Shown here piece by piece: positions 10,105 to 18,469 of a stretch of 64,000 nt of DNA. Positions within the stretch are counted from its first letter, which is position 1. Every line of letters begins with the position of its first letter. The notes beneath the pieces are model-generated. The model saw only the letters and a list, made by a program, of their open reading frames with translations, did no database searches and was not told where the DNA came from. Made by a program: the position numbers and the translations under genes. Source of the stretch: Planctomycetota bacterium (GTDB lineage Bacteria; Planctomycetota; MHYJ01; JACQXL01; JACRIJ01); assembly GCA_016220095.1 (NCBI GenBank), contig JACRIJ010000102.1:233-64232 (forward strand), read 5' to 3'.

Positions 10105-13100
10105 TTAATTTTTAATTCTCAGTTTATAAACTATCATTACAAACGCCAGGCACAGCGCAATCAATATAAACATACTGCCCCTGTTTTCCACAAGCCTGCT
10201 GACAATGCATTTTCCCGCGCCGCTTGAATTTGAACCCGTTGACTGCACAATAACCTCGCCGCCTTCAATCTCAACGCCCTCAAGCACCGTATCGGTCAAG
10301 GTCATCTTATTGCCGTACACGGGCGCGCCTGTAACCTGTATTGATGCTCCCGAAGAAGCGCCTACGGCATACAAGTTGCTGTTAATTGCCAGCGAGGCGC
10401 TGAAATTCGCATTATCCGCCGCTATGCCCGCGAAACTGTACGTCAACAGCCAGTAAGACGTCGTGCCCTTGGCAAGCGTCTTATTCAAATCCGCGAAAAT
10501 AACCGAACCGTTATCCGACTGGAATGTCTGCCGCGTGCCTATTTGAAGCTCGCCTTCATCCGCAACTCCGTCGCCGTCAGTGTCTTCAATAAGCCGCACG
10601 CCGAGCGTTTTGATGTCGTCATTCTCAATGCCGGTTCCCGACGATGTAAATGCTATCCAGCTGACATTAACGTCTTCCACGTCGCCGGCAATTATCGCCA
10701 GATGAAGCATGCCGGCATCGGGTTCGTTTTTGGCCAGCGATACCGCTGAAGGCATGTGCGGGCCTGAAGCCACGGCTATAGTGCCTTCATTGCTGACCGT
10801 CTTGGTGGCGCCCGCGACGGGATACTCGCCTACAATATACGCGGAAGACGAATCAGAAACTATCGTAACATTCAAACCCGATGAAGGTATAAGTTCAAGG
10901 GAAAATTGTTTGTCCAATTGCGCGTTGCCCGAAAACGCATAGCCTATCAGAAACGCCTTGGTTTCGCCGTCATTCAGGGTTTCATTTATCTGGTCAAAAA
11001 TTATTGCCCCGTTGTCAGCCGCAAATGTCTTGCTTTCGCCTATCTGGATATCTTCGGCATCAATAATGCCGTTATCATTGACGTCCTTGTAAAGACTGAC
11101 GGCGCTTATGTCAACAGATTCATCGCCCGTGCCGCTTGCGGCAAAGGCCATGGAATTTACCTGCAAAATATCGTCAGGGCATACGGCGGATATCTCCACC
11201 TGGAGCATTTCAACGTCTGTTGAGGCATTTGTAATATTGGATTCGTAAGGAGTATACTGCCCGGTCGCGACTGTAATGTAATTCGCGTTAAGCGGCAGGA
11301 CATTCAAGGTTACAGGAATAGTATACGGAGAATTTGACGCGGCGGCATCAACGACTATTATGCTCGCGGAATAAGGCGAATTTGCCGTTGAAAGCGACGA
11401 AGTATCAAACGAAATCGCTACGGTGTCTTTTTCCGTTGAAGCGCTTCCTTTATAGGTATCAAGCGAAATCCATGAGGCCGTATCCGAGGCAACCCAATTA
11501 AGCATTTTTCCGCCGGTATTGAAAATCTTGATTGATGCCGCGGTATCGTTTCCGTACAAAACCGAAATATCAAGGGCCTTCGGTTCCGTGGAAATTTCCG
11601 GCGGCGCCTGGCTTACAACATTAACTGTAACCGCAACGGTCTGCGGACTGTTTGACGCGTTGGACGCGGCTATGGAAAGCACAGCGGAATACGGAGAACC
11701 GGCCGCGGTAAATCCGGAAATACCAGGTGTAACGGTTATAGTGTCTATATCCGAACTGTTGTCGGAAGCGCCGCTTAGAGCGCCTAATTTGAGCCACGGC
11801 GGCGCGCCTGTAATATTCCAGTTAAGAGGCAGGCTTCCGCCCGAGGAATTCCATATCTGAAAGGATTGCGGAGAAGGGTCAGTGCTGTATTCCACTGCCG
11901 TGAACGTGAGCAGATTGGAGCCAAGCCCTATGACAGGCGGTTTGGCTGAAATATTGAACACGACGGTTACGGCCTTTGGCGTGCCGTAAGTAACGCCATC
12001 AGCGGTTATTGTAACGGACGTGGAATAATCGCCCGGCGTAAGCGAACCCACGGACGCGGTAAAGGATACCGTATCGGTCTCTATGGAAGTGCTTCCGCCT
12101 GACGGATTAACGGCAAGCCATGTCGCGGAATCTTCTTTTGCAACGGTCCAATTGAATGAGCCGGTGCTGGAATTCCAGATGCTTATGGTCTGAGTTGCCG
12201 GGTCAGCGCCGCCTTCGGTAGCGGTAAACTGCAGAAGACCGGGGTCAACGGTAAGTGAAGGAATTGTCTGCCCTGTTGCTTCGGTATAAGCGCTCGTCTC
12301 AACGTCTTCGGCATTTACGGCATATACGTAATACGTATGAGTACCGGTGACAGTATCGCTGGCAGTCGTAGGCGTAGAGTTATAAATAAGCGTACCGGAA
12401 CCCGAGATGCCGTCCCTGTAAACCTTATAATGGTGCTGTGCCCCGCCGCTCTGCCATGTAATAACTATATGGTCGCTATATGAAATACTGGCATCGGCGG
12501 AAATCGGGGTATTCGCAAACATGCATTTTGTAGAACTCGAACCTGACGCGTAATTATTGAAATTATCATAGGCCTTGACGCGGTAGTGGTATTGGGTATT
12601 TGCCTGCGGAGGAAATGCCGGGTTGTTAGTGGAATAGTCGGCCCATGAATTTGTCACTGAAGTGCCCACCTGAATATAAGTACCTGCGAAACCGCCGGAA
12701 TCCGGCGCGCGTTCAATAACATACTGATAAAGGCCCGACTCGGCATCCGTTGACGCCGCCCAAGCCAGGTCAACCCTATTTGGAGTAACCAGCGTCAATA
12801 CAGGGTCATTGGGCACCGGCGCGGGAGACGTGATATCAGAAGAACTCGTGCCTACGGTATCATTTCCAAAATTATCAACGGCCGTGACGCGGTAGTGATA
12901 TTTCGTATTAGCCTGCATGGGATCGGACGGGTTATTAACCGCGCTGTCCGTATAAGTATTGGTTACAGGCGAAGCAAGCTGTATCCAGATACCCGGGATA
13001 CCGCCGGAATCCGGCGCGCGTTCCAGAACATAAGGCGCAAGGCCTGACTGGGTATCAATTGCGGCGGTCCAGGTAACGGTAATCTGGCTTGCAGAACCGC

Positions 13101-16100
13101 CGGACAACACCGGCGAATTCGGCGTAGGCGAAGGCGCGGTAGTATCAACGGTATAAACCAGAGTCCAATCGCTGAGGGTGGGAGTAAATACATTTATCGT
13201 AGTAGAAAAATTCGCGCGAAGTTTAATCGCAGTTTCTGCCTGAACCGCAGGAATAGTATTGAGAACTGTACCTGAAACAACATTTGCCGACAATGTAGAA
13301 TCATCAGACGCCTTGAGCACATCAACGGTTATGGAAGTACCTGCAGGCCCGCCGTTTGAGGCGTCGGATTTTGTAAAAGTCAAAGCGCCCCACTGATAAA
13401 GTTTTACCGGCGCTATGGAAGGACCAACCATACTCCCGAAGGTAAGATATTCTGTTGGAATAATACTGGTGCTCGTTACAGTCGCTGTAGGATCTGCTAT
13501 TGCATATTTACGCCTATTGTAATGCGCGACAATTTCATTTGCCAAAAGCGCCCTGTTATATATACGGAATTCATCCATCCGCCCGGCAAATTTATAATTA
13601 GCATCGGTGGTCCAACCGCTTATCCTGGCCGTGGCCGAGACATTCCTGCTTAACGGCGCACCTTGTTTTTGCGATAGCGTCTGTGCCACGCCGTCTATGT
13701 ATAATGAATTACTTGTAACAGCGCCGTTATTAAATATCGCTACAACGTGCACCCACCTGTTCGCTAACCCGGTAGTGTTTATGCCGTACACATCGCTATT
13801 TGCGGTATTATATCCAAAAAAACCGGCTGACACCAACTGTAAATCATACGAAGACCATCCAAAAGGCATCCTGCCGCTGGCGCCATAAGTGCCGTCCCAG
13901 TACATCCAGAATTCAACGCTTGTCTTGGCATTGGCCGTAGCAGTATCAACGCCGGCGCAGTTAACGCTGACCGTATCATCGGTACCGTCAAAAGACATTG
14001 AATACCCCGATGGAAATCTTACATCACTTCTGCTGGCCCACTGGCCGCCGTCAGTGCCCTGCCAACCATAAGGCGAGGCAAAACTGCTCATCGTACCTAA
14101 ATTACCTTTTGTTGAGCCATCATAAACAGAAGTTCCCGCACCTTCGTCCATATGCCATAAGGCCACAAGCCCGGATTCGTCGTAATCTTTAGCGAAGGTT
14201 TTTCCAAAACTGCCTGTTGCCGCGGACGCGGGATTATTGTAGAACATGCAGATATATTTATCAACACTCGCGGGCAATGAATCCACCTTTATCCATATTT
14301 TGGTCGAAGCCGTATTTATGCCGGATTCTATCCAATGCGGATATACGATAGTCCATTTGGATCCGTCATAGTCATAAGTAAATGTAAACCTGATGTCAGA
14401 GCAGTCGGCATTCATATACCCCGACGAAATCAGGGTAGCCGTATTAATAGTAAAAGACACATGCTGATTTGTCAATATAGACGCGTTTGGATTTGTGATT
14501 CTTATTGTCGCGCCTCTGCTCCATACGCCAACCTTACCGGTGGCCCACGCAGTTTCTGTTCCGACGCCGGACACTATCGGCACCGTGGAAGCGAATTTTC
14601 TCACGCGAACCCAATCCCAATATGCGTCATAAGCCTGCCCGCCGTTCAAGTTATCATAACGGTACCCTAACGTTACAGGTTCAGAGTCTATTGAATTCGT
14701 ATAATCCTTCTGATACGCATTTGCCGTACCTTCCTGCTCCACTCTTTCATGGGCCGCATCGTTTCCTTCTTCCCATACCTTATAAAGACACCATGTATTT
14801 GAAACTGCAACAGGTGCAGGATTATAACTTGTCCAGGTTGAATCCACACGCGAATATAAAGTCGTAATATTTGTCGGTAAAAAACCGCCAAAGGCATTGG
14901 ATGTGGATACCCATGTGCCAAGCACCTCATAGCCATTCACAGGAAATGCCACGACTTTATGCCGTGATTCAGTAATAAAAGGCCCCGAATTAGTCTTGAT
15001 ACTGCGAAGCCTTCCCGTAGTGTTTGTGCCTCTCAGTATACCATCAGAAACGGTAAATCCTGTTGAATCATCTATCGTCCACTTGCCGGCATCAATGCCA
15101 GCGCCATTAAAATCATCATAGAAATCAAAAACCGCTCCGGCATTTCCAGCGTTAACAGCGGAAGAATTTCCATAGAAAATGTAAATTGTTGAAGTGCCCG
15201 CTGGAATGGATGGTATCCTTACCCAGAATGTCGCTTTATCGGCCGTTGTAAGGGTTTCCAGATAATAAGGATAAGTTTTTCCCGTAACATCGCCAAAACG
15301 CACATCACCAAAATCCTGCCTTGACCTGCTTTCCAAATTAACGTCTACGCCGACAGCGGAATTGTAACCGGTCTTAATCTGCATCTGAAAATTTGTCTGA
15401 GCACTGCCGGTATTGCTTATGGTTATGGATTTGTAGTACCCGAAACTAAGATTTTCCTGTTCGGCATATACGGTTGTTACGGGCTCAATAGCGGCGTACT
15501 GGCGTACGCGAACGTTGTCATAGCGCGTAGCCGCATTATAAGCGCCTATCATTAACCTGTCCGGCGTGCCGGATATAACCGCATCGGATTTTACGAGCAT
15601 GGGGCCTTCGTAGTAATCCGTGGCCGTGGCTGACTTATAAACTATCCTTAAGGTATTCCATTTGTTTATAGAAGGGGCGAGGCCACTGGACACCCACGCG
15701 GCTGAAGACCAGTATTGCCATACCGCAGTATTAATATCCATAGCCGCCACATAGTTAGTCGCAGAAGTTTCATTTCCCCAGACAACCGAGTCTCCGGTAT
15801 TGGATGTAAAATACACGTCACTTTCTATTATATAGGGCACTGCAGGCGTAAAAGATGCGGACATCCTGCCGCCCGCGGTACTGTATCCGTAACTGTAATT
15901 GCCCGCGGTCTTGTCGGTTTTCATCGCGAACGCTGTGCCGGAATTCAACGACCATCCTGTAGAATCGCCGTCCTCAAAATCATCAAAGAAATCAAATGTG
16001 CCTGAACCACTGCTTGCGTTTGTTGCAGAAGTATTGCCATAATACATATAGATCCGCGAAAGCCCAACAGGAACACTATCGGTGCCGGCTATCTTTACCC

Positions 16101-17616
16101 ATACAGAACCGTCCTTTTCCACCCAATGCGAAAGTACCGTACCATCGGACTTGGTAAAACGAAGGTCCGCGTAATTAGGCCTTGCCTTACTTTCATACAG
16201 CGCCTTGATTTCATCAGGAGAAAGCGCGCGGTTGTAAACGCGCACCTCGTCAAGTGAACCGTTATAATTACCATACACGGATGTTGCTACAGTCAAACCA
16301 TATTTCGTAGCAAGATAGGTTTCTACCCACTGCCTTTCAGAAGCAGTAAGAACTTTGTTATAAAGAACTACTTCTGCTATATCACCATTGGAATATTCAT
16401 TTCCATTAGGAATATAACCGCTCATAGAAAAACCATTTGGACCTGTTACGCCGTTCTGGTTTGCTATAATAGAAGTGCCATTTTCATAAAAATTTGAATT
16501 AGTTCCCGCACCTTGTATCGTAGCGCTATAAAGATAAAAAGACGTATCAGCGGCAATTGCGCTGTCATAAACCCATCCTTCAAAATATGCGTCTCTCCTT
16601 GTACCGCCGTGAACACCCAAAAGCCAATTATTAAACCTGCCGTTCAACATCCTGCTATTATTGCCGCCTGTCAAACGTTCAATGCAGAATACCGTTACCG
16701 GTGCCGGGAAATTTGTTGAAACCACCATTGTCTGGCTTGAAGCGGCCGTAAATCTTAATACTGGTTGTCCGTTAATCGCACCTGTCGTAAAAACAGGCTG
16801 CTGACTCGCGGTTGCCTGCACGGCATTATTTCCATTTCCGCTCTTATCATTCCACTGGGAAACCTTATAGGAACCGTCCATTGCAATACCATAGCTTGGG
16901 TCAAGCCATAACTTCAGATTGGCTGATAACGTACTGGTATTGGGCGGCAGAGGCGCTCTGCCGATATTCAGCGTTGTGCCGGAACGGAAGAAATACTTAT
17001 TGTTATAAGTCTGCTGTACTCCATTCACGTACTGCACGCCGTTGGATTCCGCATAATGATTCCAATTACCCGCGGGATCCTTTGCCCAAAAAGCGATGGA
17101 AAAAGAATCCGGACTCTGCGGCAATGTAATGGGAATATAGTCATCCGTACCGTCAAAAGTTACTGCGCCATTGTATTTGCCTGTGGTCCATGCCATGCCA
17201 GCACCATTGACGTTAGATGCGGAACCGTTACTGTTATTGCCTGAAGAATCGTATAAACCCGTCGTCGTGCCATTGGCAATATTACCGGTAGTCGCGTAAT
17301 CAAAATGCCAGCTCCCTATAAGGCCGGTTTCATCCAGTGTGGGATTGGTTATTTTTACCTGATAATTTGAAAGCGGGGATGCGTTTTTGTTGTCTATCGT
17401 TATAGCCTTGCGGTACGGCCAGTTTGCTTCCGTCCAGCTGGCTGTAACCGGAACGTCCGGCAATATTACCACGTCACTCGCGGTTTCCACGTTGGTTAAT
17501 GTGTTGCCGGAAAATTCCGTGCTCAAGGTCTGTGTCCACGTATCGGCAAAGAGGAGTGTGGCGAGGAGCGCCATCAGCAGGAAAACCGGAACTAAAGTGA
17601 TAATTCTTTTCATCAT
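10105..17616 (-). CDS. giant cell-surface protein (DUF2341-like x3, LamG/concanavalin-like x3, FN3-like x3, BACON/Ig-like x4, conserved C-terminal module, C-terminal TM anchor)
   Basis: The listed ORF is 2519 aa. The likely start is the ATGATG at 17616/17613, giving the signal peptide MMKRIITLVPVFLLMALLATLLFA. DUF2341-type segments: DLRFTKSDGTVLSHWVEKDGSVWVKI..IYMYYGN, DVRFGDVTGKTYPYYLE..FWVRIPSIPAGTSTIYIFYGN and DIRFTF..HWIESG..IWIKVDSLP..ICMFYNN. LamG-like segments end in DEVRVYNRALSPDEI and DEFRIYNRALLANEI. FN3-like units: YHYRVTAVDNFGN and YHYRVKAYDNFNN. The tail is ..GSNSSGAGKCIVSRLVENRGSMFILIALCLAFVMIVYKLRIKN. Confidence 0.85.
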   Translation of the reverse strand: MMKRIITLVPVFLLMALLATLLFADTWTQTLSTEFSGNTLTNVETASDVVILPDVPVTASWTEANWPYRKAITIDNKNASPLSNYQVKITNPTLDETGLIGSWHFDYATTGNIANGTTTGLYDSSGNNSNGSASNVNGAGMAWTTGKYNGAVTFDGTDDYIPITLPQSPDSFSIAFWAKDPAGNWNHYAESNGVQYVNGVQQTYNNKYFFRSGTTLNIGRAPLPPNTSTLSANLKLWLDPSYGIAMDGSYKVSQWNDKSGNGNNAVQATASQQPVFTTGAINGQPVLRFTAASSQTMVVSTNFPAPVTVFCIERLTGGNNSRMLNGRFNNWLLGVHGGTRRDAYFEGWVYDSAIAADTSFYLYSATIQGAGTNSNFYENGTSIIANQNGVTGPNGFSMSGYIPNGNEYSNGDIAEVVLYNKVLTASERQWVETYLATKYGLTVATSVYGNYNGSLDEVRVYNRALSPDEIKALYESKARPNYADLRFTKSDGTVLSHWVEKDGSVWVKIAGTDSVPVGLSRIYMYYGNTSATNASSGSGTFDFFDDFEDGDSTGWSLNSGTAFAMKTDKTAGNYSYGYSTAGGRMSASFTPAVPYIIESDVYFTSNTGDSVVWGNETSATNYVAAMDINTAVWQYWSSAAWVSSGLAPSINKWNTLRIVYKSATATDYYEGPMLVKSDAVISGTPDRLMIGAYNAATRYDNVRVRQYAAIEPVTTVYAEQENLSFGYYKSITISNTGSAQTNFQMQIKTGYNSAVGVDVNLESRSRQDFGDVRFGDVTGKTYPYYLETLTTADKATFWVRIPSIPAGTSTIYIFYGNSSAVNAGNAGAVFDFYDDFNGAGIDAGKWTIDDSTGFTVSDGILRGTNTTGRLRSIKTNSGPFITESRHKVVAFPVNGYEVLGTWVSTSNAFGGFLPTNITTLYSRVDSTWTSYNPAPVAVSNTWCLYKVWEEGNDAAHERVEQEGTANAYQKDYTNSIDSEPVTLGYRYDNLNGGQAYDAYWDWVRVRKFASTVPIVSGVGTETAWATGKVGVWSRGATIRITNPNASILTNQHVSFTINTATLISSGYMNADCSDIRFTFTYDYDGSKWTIVYPHWIESGINTASTKIWIKVDSLPASVDKYICMFYNNPASAATGSFGKTFAKDYDESGLVALWHMDEGAGTSVYDGSTKGNLGTMSSFASPYGWQGTDGGQWASRSDVRFPSGYSMSFDGTDDTVSVNCAGVDTATANAKTSVEFWMYWDGTYGASGRMPFGWSSYDLQLVSAGFFGYNTANSDVYGINTTGLANRWVHVVAIFNNGAVTSNSLYIDGVAQTLSQKQGAPLSRNVSATARISGWTTDANYKFAGRMDEFRIYNRALLANEIVAHYNRRKYAIADPTATVTSTSIIPTEYLTFGSMVGPSIAPVKLYQWGALTFTKSDASNGGPAGTSITVDVLKASDDSTLSANVVSGTVLNTIPAVQAETAIKLRANFSTTINVFTPTLSDWTLVYTVDTTAPSPTPNSPVLSGGSASQITVTWTAAIDTQSGLAPYVLERAPDSGGIPGIWIQLASPVTNTYTDSAVNNPSDPMQANTKYHYRVTAVDNFGNDTVGTSSSDITSPAPVPNDPVLTLVTPNRVDLAWAASTDAESGLYQYVIERAPDSGGFAGTYIQVGTSVTNSWADYSTNNPAFPPQANTQYHYRVKAYDNFNNYASGSSSTKCMFANTPISADASISYSDHIVITWQSGGAQHHYKVYRDGISGSGTLIYNSTPTTASDTVTGTHTYYVYAVNAEDVETSAYTEATGQTIPSLTVDPGLLQFTATEGGADPATQTISIWNSSTGSFNWTVAKEDSATWLAVNPSGGSTSIETDTVSFTASVGSLTPGDYSTSVTITADGVTYGTPKAVTVVFNISAKPPVIGLGSNLLTFTAVEYSTDPSPQSFQIWNSSGGSLPLNWNITGAPPWLKLGALSGASDNSSDIDTITVTPGISGFTAAGSPYSAVLSIAASNASNSPQTVAVTVNVVSQAPPEISTEPKALDISVLYGNDTAASIKIFNTGGKMLNWVASDTASWISLDTYKGSASTEKDTVAISFDTSSLSTANSPYSASIIVVDAAASNSPYTIPVTLNVLPLNANYITVATGQYTPYESNITNASTDVEMLQVEISAVCPDDILQVNSMAFAASGTGDESVDISAVSLYKDVNDNGIIDAEDIQIGESKTFAADNGAIIFDQINETLNDGETKAFLIGYAFSGNAQLDKQFSLELIPSSGLNVTIVSDSSSAYIVGEYPVAGATKTVSNEGTIAVASGPHMPSAVSLAKNEPDAGMLHLAIIAGDVEDVNVSWIAFTSSGTGIENDDIKTLGVRLIEDTDGDGVADEGELQIGTRQTFQSDNGSVIFADLNKTLAKGTTSYWLLTYSFAGIAADNANFSASLAINSNLYAVGASSGASIQVTGAPVYGNKMTLTDTVLEGVEIEGGEVIVQSTGSNSSGAGKCIVSRLVENRGSMFILIALCLAFVMIVYKLRIKN

Positions 17617-17783
17617 ACACTTCTCACCCTGTGTAAAAAGTTTTAGCACAAGAATGTCCATCAAAATCTTCTGTGCCAGGAAAACGCCGTTGGTTCTGTG
17701 TTAATCTGTATTTTTTTGCGCAAAAGCCAACCTGGTAGCATCTAAGTATCCAGCATTGACCGTCTAAGTTTCTTCTATATATA

Positions 17784-17813
17784 ATTATACCATACCGGAC
17801 GCCAAAAAGTCAA
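17784..17813 (-). promoter_or_regulatory. sigma70-type promoter for the giant gene (TTGACT - 18 nt - TATAAT on the minus strand)
   Basis: The minus strand reads ttgact (17813-17808), an 18-nt spacer, then tataat (17789-17784), about 160 nt upstream of the 17616 start. Sequence match only. Confidence 0.5.
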
Positions 17814-18014
17814 GTTATTTGAACGACGAATTAACCATAGATTTCACACATTCGCTCTGGCTCAATGCAGGCAAAATTTTCACAAGATTATCTTCCTTCC
17901 TGTTTTCGGTCGTATCTTGTGCGAATCTGTGCCTGCGCACCGAAGTGCCTGCCTTCGCCGAAACGAAGCATCGGCTTCGTGCAGGCAGGCTTCGGCACAT
18001 AGGTGTGTAATTTT

Positions 18015-18083
18015 TTAATCTGCAATCTTCTAATCTTGCAATCTTCTAATCTTGTAATCTTCTAATCTTGTAATCGTGTAATC
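18015..18083. repeat. period-10 tandem tract (aatcttNtaatcttNNaatc)n
   Basis: Read directly: taatctgcaatcttctaatcttgcaatcttctaatcttgtaatcttctaatcttgtaatcgtgtaatc. The same motif family recurs at 1456-1514, 10085-10125, 25031-25096, 35331-35362, 36991-37030 and 47318-47352, and inverted at 22551-22580. Confidence 0.9.
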
Positions 18084-18099
18084 TACATGTGTTTTTTGT

Positions 18100-18128
18100 T
18101 TGACAATTCGCCCGCATGCATATATAAT
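18100..18128 (+). promoter_or_regulatory. perfect-consensus sigma70 promoter (TTGACA - 17 nt - TATAAT)
   Basis: ttgaca at 18100-18105, the 17-nt spacer attcgcccgcatgcata, then tataat at 18123-18128. It points toward the Ser/Thr kinase gene, whose ATG is ~340 nt downstream. Confidence 0.55.
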
Positions 18129-18469
18129 TAGGACGAATAAACTGCAAAGGATGCAAAGCGACGCGAAAACGTAGCATAGTTGCGACTCGAAGTATCGCCA
18201 TGGCTCGCAGGATCGCTAACGCTCGCACGAACTACAAGATAACGACGACGTATCCTGGGTATCCTGTCACAACCCCGAGTAAAACGAAGGGTACATCCGA
18301 TGCAAACAACGGCGCGTTTACAAACGGCTATTTGCATGGATAGACAGTTTTGTGGTAACAAATTATCGTATTTGTGTTTATTCGTGTTCATTAACAGTGT
18401 GAATATATGGATTCCCCCCCTACACCGTTATTTCGTAACTCCATAACTCCTAAACCCCGTAACCCAGTT

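Noticed and set aside
18015-18083. The periodic tract (and those at 25031-25096 and 22586-22644) was considered as a possible CRISPR array.
   Set aside because: The period is ~10 nt with no unique spacers, the repeats are degenerate, and no cas genes are present. It is a microsatellite-like tract, not a CRISPR array.
18129-18469. The transcript predicted from the consensus promoter was checked against tmRNA (there is a gca aac aac ggc ... tag reading frame), RNase P, SRP and 6S features.
   Set aside because: There is no tRNA-like 3' end (no GGTTCGA/CCA context), no GGAAAGTCC-type RNase P motif and no SRP domain IV motif. The tag-like frame does not end in a typical ..LAA. The region is made of the common intergenic motifs.
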